Made by a program: the position numbers and the translations under genes | NCBI GenBank assembly: GCA_023136205.1 | Contig: JAGLRQ010000079.1 | Coordinates: forward strand, 1,749-33,748 | Direction of reading: 5' to 3' | Origin: Candidatus Auribacterota bacterium | GTDB taxonomy: Bacteria > Auribacterota > UBA6266 | DNA: 32,000 nt | Part shown: positions 22,975 through 32,000 of the stretch, piece by piece | Layout: each line of letters begins with the position of its first letter | Position numbering within the stretch: position 1 is the stretch's first letter | The notes under the pieces: generated by a model | What the model was told of the DNA's origin: nothing | Database searches by the model: none | The model's input: only the letters and a program-made list of their open reading frames with translations

Positions 22975-24449
22975 TAGCCTTTAATAGCTCCAAGCTGAAT
23001 GCCTTCGACAAAAAACCTCTGGTTGAACACAAAAACAATTATGACAGGCGCAAGAACAATCAAGGAAGCTGCCATAAGAAGTGTCCAATTTGTACTATAA
23101 ACTCCTTGAAATGAATTAAGCAGGACAGGAAGTGTTTTCATCTGGTCGTTAGAGGTCACTATAAGAGGCCACATAAAATCTCTCCAGACTCCCATAAAAG
23201 TAAATGTAACAAGTGTCGCGAGCGCGGGCTTGGAAAGGGGAAGTATTATTCTGGTATAGATTCCAAAAAGGCTGCACCCGTCTATCTTTGCGGCATCTTC
23301 AAGATCCACGGGGATACTCATGAAAAACTGCCTTAACATAAAGGTCCCATACGCGTTAAACATTCCAGGGACAATAAGGGCAAAATATGAATCCAACCCT
23401 ATGGGGCGGCCGATATAATGCCCGAATACTTCAAATTCGCTTTTCCAGAATTCTATTGTTACGACTGATTCGGCAGAACCTCCAAAAAGCCGGGAGAACA
23501 ATGTCGCGGCTACTGAGGTAACATGGTTTAAAATATCGGGAGCCAGCCTCAAGATGACAAAAACAGGAATCATTAGAACCGCGTACGGTATCATCATTGT
23601 TCCCAGGTACATGATAAAAATCTTATCCCTGCCGGGAAAATGTAACCGGGCAAAAGCATACGCGGCCATCGAGCTTGTAAACGCCTGGCCAAACATAACA
23701 CAAACCGCGATGATAATGCTGTTCATGTATGCTCTTCCAAAAGGAAAAGCTTTCCACGCTTTAGAATAATTATCCCAGAGGAAAGCCGGTTTCCATTTCC
23801 GGATTATCCCGGAAGCAGCTATCCAACACCTTTCATCCAATAACGGACCTTCAGCATCTATTATCTTTATGAAAACTTTTTCCTGCATTATTTCACAAGC
23901 TATCTTTACATTTAGGTCTTCATCAAGCCTTTCCCCTCTTGCCATAAGCCCCAGGCCTACGTTTATCTCGGCGAGATAAACACATGGTTTCTTTACCCAG
24001 GGAAGGAACCAGCTAGGCACATAACGTGCCAGAAAAGATTTCCCTATCTCTATTTCCTTGCCGGCATGTTCCCCTCTAAGTATTTTTATTCTAACTTCTT
24101 CTTTTATAATTTTGACTTTTAGTTTCTCGTCACTTTCTTCGCGGGTTCCCGGAAGAAGGTTTTCAATTCCCTCAATCCCCTCTGAAAACCCTTTAACGGT
24201 ACGATAACTCAGGATAGATTTTACCAAATCCTTATTAAGGGTAGTGTAGTATGTAGTTTCCGATGGGATCCACGTGGGAGGAAAAGCAAAAACCTCTCCT
24301 TCACTTTTTAATGATGTGGCAACCATCCAGAGAAAAGGAAGCAACATCGATATGCCAATAATAGAAAGCATAATATAGTAAAAAGATTTTTTGAAAAATC
24401 CCATTTGGCTAAGCGCTCTTGTCATTTTTGGTTTTTTTCCCCGTGCCAT
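22974..24449 (-). CDS. Carbohydrate ABC transporter permease (MalG-type) with a ~200-aa extracytoplasmic insertion
   Basis: EAA loop region DAAKIDGCSLFGIYTRIILPLSKPAL. At 491 aa it is well above the ~280 aa I expect for this family. The extra segment lies between TM1 and TM2 (SLKSEGEVF...FLWDNYSKAW). Confidence 0.8.
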   Translation of the reverse strand: MARGKKPKMTRALSQMGFFKKSFYYIMLSIIGISMLLPFLWMVATSLKSEGEVFAFPPTWIPSETTYYTTLNKDLVKSILSYRTVKGFSEGIEGIENLLPGTREESDEKLKVKIIKEEVRIKILRGEHAGKEIEIGKSFLARYVPSWFLPWVKKPCVYLAEINVGLGLMARGERLDEDLNVKIACEIMQEKVFIKIIDAEGPLLDERCWIAASGIIRKWKPAFLWDNYSKAWKAFPFGRAYMNSIIIAVCVMFGQAFTSSMAAYAFARLHFPGRDKIFIMYLGTMMIPYAVLMIPVFVILRLAPDILNHVTSVAATLFSRLFGGSAESVVTIEFWKSEFEVFGHYIGRPIGLDSYFALIVPGMFNAYGTFMLRQFFMSIPVDLEDAAKIDGCSLFGIYTRIILPLSKPALATLVTFTFMGVWRDFMWPLIVTSNDQMKTLPVLLNSFQGVYSTNWTLLMAASLIVLAPVIIVFVFNQRFFVEGIQLGAIKG

Positions 24450-25829
24450 TAGTAATGAACCACCTTCCCGCCAAACTTCCAGTTAAAAAGCGTTACAACA
24501 AAAACAAGGGCAAAAAGTACCCATGCGATAGATGCCGCAAAACCCATTTTAGACCAGCGATAAGCATTGTTAAATATGTAATAACTTAAGGTTGTTGTCG
24601 AACCGGCAGGGCCTCCGCCCGTCATTATATATGCCGCGTCAAAACCACCCTGGAACCCGCCGATAACACTCATTATAAATATGAAAAATGTAGTGGGAGA
24701 AAGCATAGGCCAGGTAACAGCCCAAAATTTCTGCCAGCCGCTCGCCCCGTCTATATCTGCCGCTTCATAAATATCAAGGGGAATACCCTGCAGCCCGGCA
24801 AGATACAGAATCATGTTATAGCCTCCAACACCTGTCCATATCCCCATCAGCATCAGGGAGGGCTTTGCCAAGGCTGTATCAGTAAGCCATTCCACCTGGG
24901 GTATCCCAATATAACCAAGCAGTGTATTTAAAAGCCCCAGATCGGTGTTATAAATCCATCTCCACAATACATAAAGAGCTACTCCCGTACAAATAGACGG
25001 CAGAAAATATATTGTTCTGAAGAAAACTATCCCGCGCAGTTTCTTGTTCATTAAAACGGCAAGCCCGAGAGAAGCAAACATGCTTATGGGAATACCCAGC
25101 ATTAAAAACAGGGTATTGCCCAGATACTGCCAAAAATAAGCATCGTTAGCCTGCCATATATCATTGGAAAAACTCCATACGGGCAAAACCGTCACAGCTA
25201 TAATCAGGGCAGGCAAAAACGAAAGGATAACATTTGATACCTTTTCAAACCTGAGGTCACGGTCTCTGAAAAAAGCGGCAAGAAGGGAAATAAACATTCC
25301 AAAAAACAATAATATTATCGAAAACATTATTAGCATGCCTGCTTCTTTTACGGCCGCCTGCGGCAGCAGATACAGGTTAGATCCTGCCTGGGAAATAGAT
25401 TTCATCATCAAACCCCACTCAATAAAAAAATAGGCCGATATAAGAATCACAACCAGAGGAACCGCGTTAAAAACCGCCCTAAGAAAATTTTTTTTCTTTT
25501 TCGCGCGCGCGAAGAAAATCTGCTGTAAAAAGAATCTAAAAACAAGCGACAAAGAGACAACAAACATGAGCAGGCAGAAAATATAATTACCTGTAAACGC
25601 GTGAGAAAACATTAATCCCGCGCTGCCAATCTCTTTTAAATGACACAGGAGCAGCTTCCGGAAGTTCTCAAACATCACAAATTTTATCGGGGTAACAAGA
25701 TCCCATTTAACAAAACCCAGATAGAAGGAAAAGAGAACGGGAAAAAACGTAAAACAAAAAAACCCCACAAAGTTAGGAAGGATAAACAGGTATCCGGCTA
25801 TTGCTTCTCTTAACTTGTTCTTTGTTATT

Positions 25830-25837
<8 letters not shown>
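24449..25837 (-). CDS. Carbohydrate ABC transporter permease (MalF-type)
   Basis: EAADIDGASGWQKFWAVTWPMLSP EAA loop. It has many TM segments and shares 1 nt with the next gene at 24449. Confidence 0.8.
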
Positions 25838-27487
<1,650 letters not shown>

Positions 27488-27626
27488 TCAATTTTAACCA
27501 GGCAGATTTAGTTCTTTTTTTCGAAACTTCCGGCCTCTGGATTAAAAATACAGTGTGGTAATTCTATTTTTATCGTCGCAATTTGTCAATACATTTTACC
27601 TGTTATGTCAACTACATTTCCCCACA

Positions 27627-27641
27627 GGGGACAGGGTCCCC
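27627..27641. other. GC-rich stem-loop between eno and the upstream gene cluster
   Basis: GGGGAC (27627-27632), AGG, GTCCCC (27636-27641), preceded by CCCCACA and followed by an A run on the plus strand. On the minus strand the T run comes before the stem, so it is not a canonical terminator. Confidence 0.3.
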
Positions 27642-27648
27642 AAAAAAA

Positions 27649-28833
27649 CTAAAGCCAAACTATCAATATCGCGGCCAGAGCGAAAAACAAAATTGCCGTA
27701 AAAACTTTTATTGTGCCGGCGTTCTTCTTCATTAGTTGAGCAAATATCTGAGAAGAGGTTCCTTTAAGAGCAAAAATAAAAACAGCGATAAGGGGAAGAA
27801 TAAACATAATATTGTAAAGCGCCAGATAAAAAAGAGCGCGCGGCCGAAATTCTGAGATACGGCGCAACACGAATATAACCGGCAAATAAACCTGGCCTGT
27901 ACAGGGAAACTCCAAAAGAGCAATTAAAAAACCCAAACATAAAGAACCTAAAATGAAATGTTTCGTTTTTGACTCTTTCCTGATTGCCGAATGAATTTTG
28001 TTTTTTAAACTTTGAGGCAGTTGAAGCGCGATGGCTTCTATTTTTCCCTCTTTGATCTTATAATAATCATACAGGCTCAAGATACCGAGAACAACAGCCA
28101 TACAGGCAATCAACAGGGAAACCACGCGGCCAAGAAGAGGAAAAACAGCCATCTTCACTGTAAACTCAAACAACCCCAAACCAATTAAAAAGTAAGTTAT
28201 AAAAACCGCGCAAGTAAAAGCTCCCCCGATAAAAATTATTTCTCTGCCCTTGCGGCCGATAAAAACCAAATAGGAAATCAGAAATATTATAGTGGTAAAG
28301 GCGCAGGGATTAAGCCCGTCTAACAACCCTCCGCTGATTATAGCGAATACTCCTAAACTCTTGAACCTTTCCAGTGCCGGGTTATCAACCTGCTTTATCC
28401 CGCGTTCCCCCGCGGCGGGCCAATCGCAGCCCCCCTTTGAAACATAATATTTAATAAGCCGCTCAAGGCCGTCTTTAATCTCCTCATCTCCGTCAAGCAC
28501 GTGGTTTTCAACAAATAGAGCGGGGAGCGGATTTTTTAAAGGGTGAAAATTTTTTTCCAATTCAAGCAGGAGTTTGTAATTTTCCGGTTCATTTACCTCA
28601 AAGTATTTTACATCCAGGCAAAAACCGTATTTTTTATTCAAATCGGGAATATAGCTATTTTTTATCCGCAGACATTCCTCACAACCGCTTGAGTAAAAAT
28701 AATACATCCGCACGCAAGGCCCTTTAGAGGCATATATTTCATAAGAGAAAAGAAACGGGCAGAAAACCAATAAAAAAAGGAAGCCATACGCGGTAAACGG
28801 GAGAAAAAAAATCGGTTTTTTAGCGCTAATCAT
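27649..28833 (-). CDS. DsbD/CcdA-family thiol-disulfide transporter with an N-terminal thioredoxin-like CxxC domain
   Basis: SSGCEECLRIKNSYIP (CxxC), then the membrane domain LLDGLNPCAFTTIIFLISYL and LEFPCTGQVYLP. These are the two conserved Cys-containing TM motifs of the DsbD_2/CcdA type. Confidence 0.7.
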   Translation of the reverse strand: MISAKKPIFFLPFTAYGFLFLLVFCPFLFSYEIYASKGPCVRMYYFYSSGCEECLRIKNSYIPDLNKKYGFCLDVKYFEVNEPENYKLLLELEKNFHPLKNPLPALFVENHVLDGDEEIKDGLERLIKYYVSKGGCDWPAAGERGIKQVDNPALERFKSLGVFAIISGGLLDGLNPCAFTTIIFLISYLVFIGRKGREIIFIGGAFTCAVFITYFLIGLGLFEFTVKMAVFPLLGRVVSLLIACMAVVLGILSLYDYYKIKEGKIEAIALQLPQSLKNKIHSAIRKESKTKHFILGSLCLGFLIALLEFPCTGQVYLPVIFVLRRISEFRPRALFYLALYNIMFILPLIAVFIFALKGTSSQIFAQLMKKNAGTIKVFTAILFFALAAILIVWL

Positions 28834-28843
28834 TATTTTTTCC

Positions 28844-29521
28844 CTACCGAATAGGAATATCTATTTTAAGAGATATGTATTCTTTCCCTGATTTGGCTTC
28901 AGGCTTTAAATTTACGCTAACCGTAGTTATTCCACGGGGCTTGATATCCACCGAAGTAACCGAAGCTTCCGCGAGCCCGGGTGAAGTATCAATTGAAGGA
29001 ATTTTCAATATGCCGCCGCCCTTGTTCTCTATGGCGAACTTGAAAGCCTCGGGTTTCCGCGCTGAAAGCGAAGTCAGATTCCAAACAGCCGGCTCAATGG
29101 AAACGATTATCCTGGGCACAGTCACCGCCGTTCCTGTAATGGTAATCTTATGAGGCGCGTCAGAGTCGTTGGATTCTATATAAATATATTTCTTGAAACT
29201 ACTTTTGTAGCCTTTGGAATCAAAAGTTATTTTAAGCTCCGTGCTTTTGCCCGGCAAAACTCTTCTTCCCTTGTTTAATTCAAAAACAGCAATGCAGCCG
29301 CAGGAAGGACGCACTTTATTAATGAACAACTCGGCATCTCCCGTGTTGGCAAGGATAAATGTATGATCCGCCTTTTCACCTCGATCTATCGTTCCAATAT
29401 CCCACAATTCCTGAGATATGCTAAGACAAGGCAGCCGTCCACCGGAAGATTTCCGTTCCGCCGCGGCCGCAAAACAAGCACCGAATAAAATAACCGCGCA
29501 TATTAATATTCGTTTTTTCAT
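28844..29521 (-). CDS. DUF1573 domain-containing secreted protein
   Basis: A signal peptide, then WDIGTIDRGEKADHTFILANTGDAELFINKVRPSCGCIA, the typical DUF1573 signature ending in S-C-G-C. Confidence 0.75.
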   Translation of the reverse strand: MKKRILICAVILFGACFAAAAERKSSGGRLPCLSISQELWDIGTIDRGEKADHTFILANTGDAELFINKVRPSCGCIAVFELNKGRRVLPGKSTELKITFDSKGYKSSFKKYIYIESNDSDAPHKITITGTAVTVPRIIVSIEPAVWNLTSLSARKPEAFKFAIENKGGGILKIPSIDTSPGLAEASVTSVDIKPRGITTVSVNLKPEAKSGKEYISLKIDIPIR

Positions 29522-29554
29522 TTATCCTTTTTACTCTTTTTTGTCTAATGGATT

Positions 29555-30016
29555 TTACGGCTGTACAGCCGTAATCTCAGACATCATCTTGTAAAATTCC
29601 GGCATGTGTTCTTGCATACGCTTTGCCGCGATTTCCATAACCTTGGCAGACACCTCAGGCATTTTATCAATTAATTTTTGGCCGACCGGAGTCTTGTAAA
29701 AGGATATTAATTCCCGTATTTCCTCCTCATTAAAAGTTTTCATGAAAATCTCAGTCATATCCGGCTTTTGGCTCTCCCAGCCCAGATATTTGAAATAGAA
29801 CTGCCTTGCGGCGTCCATAGCACCGGGATTCTGGGGATTTGCTTCCACCTGCGCCTGAAGCATCTGATCAAGAGAATCCGAAATTCCCTCTTCAGTTTTC
29901 ATAACAACAAATAATTCCTCGACTGCTTTCTTATGGGATTGCTCATCAGCCCAGCCAGGCTGAAAAAAAGTAACCAAAACCGCGAAACTAACCGCTGCCA
30001 ACAACTGTTTCCTCAT
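29555..30016 (-). CDS. DUF2059 domain-containing periplasmic protein
   Basis: FNEEEIRELISFYKTPVGQKLIDKMPEVSAKVMEI matches the DUF2059 pattern (L..FY.TP.G.K). The start is moved to ATG 30016 (GGAG 6 nt upstream), giving the signal peptide MRKQLLAAVSFAVLVTFF. Confidence 0.7.
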   Translation of the reverse strand: MRKQLLAAVSFAVLVTFFQPGWADEQSHKKAVEELFVVMKTEEGISDSLDQMLQAQVEANPQNPGAMDAARQFYFKYLGWESQKPDMTEIFMKTFNEEEIRELISFYKTPVGQKLIDKMPEVSAKVMEIAAKRMQEHMPEFYKMMSEITAVQP

Positions 30017-30056
30017 CTGCAACTCCTTTCGTCGCGTTAATTGTGACATTTTCTAA

Positions 30057-30884
30057 CTAAAACCTGTTTCTTATATATTGAAGCCATTTATCTTCAAGGC
30101 CGCCTAAATCTTTAAAATGGTATACGGATTTCAAAGCTTCATCAAGTTTTCTACCGTCTCTTAATAATCTGCATAATTTAGTAAATCTGTTTAGGGTATA
30201 TCTTTTAATCAAAAATTCGACAAGGCTCGTGGCTTCAGAATAGAATAAACCCACTAAAACCGGATCGGTTTCTTTCGCGATATCCAGCCCGGATAATTTC
30301 TCCAACGGAATATAATTCTTTCTATAAATCGCCTTTTTTACTAAAAGGTGGCTTTCTCTTCTTTTATATTTTTCGTGATAACAGGCGACCCCTTCATCTA
30401 ACCAAAGCGGAATATTTTTATTTTCAAAACCAACGAATTCCCTGAAAACGATGTGAGTCAATTCATGGGGAAGGAGCGAATCCAGGAAATGCTCAGACCA
30501 TTGGTAAGTCCTTATTACCTTTTCCTTATAGGAAACACAGCCGCCGGACCACCGGGGCTGTTTAGTAATACTTATATAATCCTGATGAGTTTTGTAAATA
30601 TAGATCTTACATCTATCATTAGCCAGCCAGAAATTTTTATAGCGAACAAAGCCGATATCTCTGGCGATCTTCCGATAACAGTCTTCCGCTTTCCTTACAA
30701 CCTTTCTGGCAAAACTGTAATTACCATAATAATAAATGATAAAATGTGTGCTTTTTTCAACACGCCAGTCATTACCATTCGCGAAAGAACAGCCAATTAA
30801 TATACTCATTATAAAGACTAATACGACTGGCCTTTTGAAACAAAATCTATCCGGCGCTTTGTTAATTTTACAGGGGTCAATCAC
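30057..30884 (-). CDS. MA-clan zinc metallopeptidase-like protein (putative lipoprotein)
   Basis: HEXXH in LLPHELTHIVFREF, with a downstream glutamate in LWLDEGVACYHE. The N-terminal lipobox-like segment is SILIGCSF. Its start overlaps the secretin stop by 8 nt. Confidence 0.6.
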   Translation of the reverse strand: MIDPCKINKAPDRFCFKRPVVLVFIMSILIGCSFANGNDWRVEKSTHFIIYYYGNYSFARKVVRKAEDCYRKIARDIGFVRYKNFWLANDRCKIYIYKTHQDYISITKQPRWSGGCVSYKEKVIRTYQWSEHFLDSLLPHELTHIVFREFVGFENKNIPLWLDEGVACYHEKYKRRESHLLVKKAIYRKNYIPLEKLSGLDIAKETDPVLVGLFYSEATSLVEFLIKRYTLNRFTKLCRLLRDGRKLDEALKSVYHFKDLGGLEDKWLQYIRNRF

Positions 30885-32000
30885 CTTTCATCTTCTTCTG
30901 CTTTTCTCTGCTTTTCTTTCTCGCTTTCTTTTCTTTTATTATCTTCTCTTTTTCAAAGCGAGCGTGTATTTTCTCCGCTTCTTCTGTCTGCTCTTCAGTT
31001 ATATGATCGGCATCTTCGGGGCGGACAATAACATAGGGAGTTATAAAAACCAACAACTCCGTCTTTTTAATCGTATCATGCTGCTTTCTAAAAAGTGCTC
31101 CCAAAAAGGGAATGTCACCTAAAATGGGAACTTTGCTCAAGGATGTGATTTTATCGTCTCTTATCAATCCGCCAATAATAATAGTCTGTTTATCCCGAAC
31201 GACAACTGTGGTTTGCGCCTCCCTGGTCGCAAGTATAGGCGCGTTGAGTTCCGAATCATAGCCGGAGATTTTGTTTATCAACTGATGAATGGATAAAGAT
31301 ACATCGTTATTTTTATTAATAGTCGGCGTAACTGTAAGTTCTATATTGACATCTTTGTAATCGTAGCTTTTAACCGTCCCGCTTACTTCGGTATAGCTGA
31401 CGTCTTTTAAAACGGGAACTGATTCGCCAATTTTTATTTTGGCTTCTTCATTATCGGAAGCAAGCACACATGGAGCGGAAAGAATATTAAACTCTGATTT
31501 TTTCGCTAAGGCTTGCAATACCACACTCAGCCGCGAGTCTCCTCTTAAAATAGAATATTTGAAACCTTCCGAAATAAAACTTGATAAGTCCCACAATGCG
31601 CTGGCTGTACCGGTAATCTGGCCGGCTGACCCCGATGCTCCTCCCCAGGGCTCGGTATAAGTCCACTCTAAACCAAACTTGGTTTCATCAGTCAGGGTAA
31701 TTTCAGCTATCAAGGCTTTGATTAAAACCTGGCGGCTGCGAACATCCAGTTTTTCCAGCAGCCGCTGAATGGTTGAGAAGTTCTGCGGGGATGTGGTAAT
31801 AATAAGTGAATTTGTCCTTTTATCAGCCACTACTTTCACCGTACCTTCCAAAATGCCGACGCCTTCTCTATACAATACTTCTCTCGAGGCAGCGGCAGTT
31901 TTAGCAGTTAAAGTGTCTTTTGCCTTTTTGGGCCTCGTGTCCTTTTTGCCATCGGATACATTCGCGAACAGTTCGTTAAACACCGCGGCTACCTCTTCCG
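30877..32000 (-). CDS. Secretin (GspD/PilQ family), C-terminal part; the N-terminus lies beyond the right window edge
   Basis: VLQALAKKSEFNILSAPCVLASDNEEAKIKIGESVPV ... TVTPTINKNNDVSLSI ... TREAQTTVVVRDKQTIIIGGLI ... KVPILGDIPFLGALFRKQ ... ELLVFITPYVI is the secretin domain. The frame stays open upstream of the track start (GTG 31983) to nt 32000. Confidence 0.85.
   Translation of the reverse strand, partial: EEVAAVFNELFANVSDGKKDTRPKKAKDTLTAKTAAASREVLYREGVGILEGTVKVVADKRTNSLIITTSPQNFSTIQRLLEKLDVRSRQVLIKALIAEITLTDETKFGLEWTYTEPWGGASGSAGQITGTASALWDLSSFISEGFKYSILRGDSRLSVVLQALAKKSEFNILSAPCVLASDNEEAKIKIGESVPVLKDVSYTEVSGTVKSYDYKDVNIELTVTPTINKNNDVSLSIHQLINKISGYDSELNAPILATREAQTTVVVRDKQTIIIGGLIRDDKITSLSKVPILGDIPFLGALFRKQHDTIKKTELLVFITPYVIVRPEDADHITEEQTEEAEKIHARFEKEKIIKEKKARKKSREKQKKMKGD

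Noticed and set aside
27621-27641. GC-rich hairpin (GGGGAC-AGG-GTCCCC), considered as the intrinsic terminator of the upstream minus-strand cluster.
   Set aside because: On the minus strand the T run precedes the stem rather than following it. On the plus strand the stem is followed by A residues, and no plus-strand gene ends here. It is kept only as an unexplained stem-loop.

Overview
The window has two parts.

**Nt 1 to ~17000: accessory region.** By eye it is more AT-rich than the rest and mosaic in content. It opens with a large serine recombinase and carries a chain of conflict or defence-type modules:
- An XRE regulator plus a P-loop NTPase whose frame is broken inside an A10 tract.
- A PLD-family nuclease gene destroyed by a ~1.6-kb DDE insertion sequence.
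- An operon of a 2-TM protein, an ImmA/IrrE metallopeptidase and a Beta (sce7725-like) protein, abutting a convergent sce7726-like PD-(D/E)xK gene.
- A membrane-anchored class-3 lipase and several orphan genes.
- A coiled-coil 2-TM protein paired with a small beta-rich protein.
- A kinase-like/deaminase fusion with the anti-phage dCTP-deaminase architecture and a zinc-ribbon partner. It is bracketed by a duplicated small gene.

A ~43-nt motif occurs three times at module junctions in this region.

**Nt ~17000 to 32000: core-like chromosome.** It carries recQ, an AsmA-like protein, a PEP-CTERM protein, TerB, DUF624 plus two sugar-ABC permeases, ftsB, eno, a DsbD-like protein, DUF1573, DUF2059, an MA-type peptidase and a partial secretin.

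I recognised no rRNA, tRNA or CRISPR array.

**Best candidates for something undescribed:**
- The four-gene cluster of TM protein, ImmA, Beta and sce7726 (6308-9414).
- The repeat-bounded cassette architecture around 13354-16931.
- The orphan two-gene pair at 13519-14441.

All family assignments come from reading motifs by eye. No database search was run.
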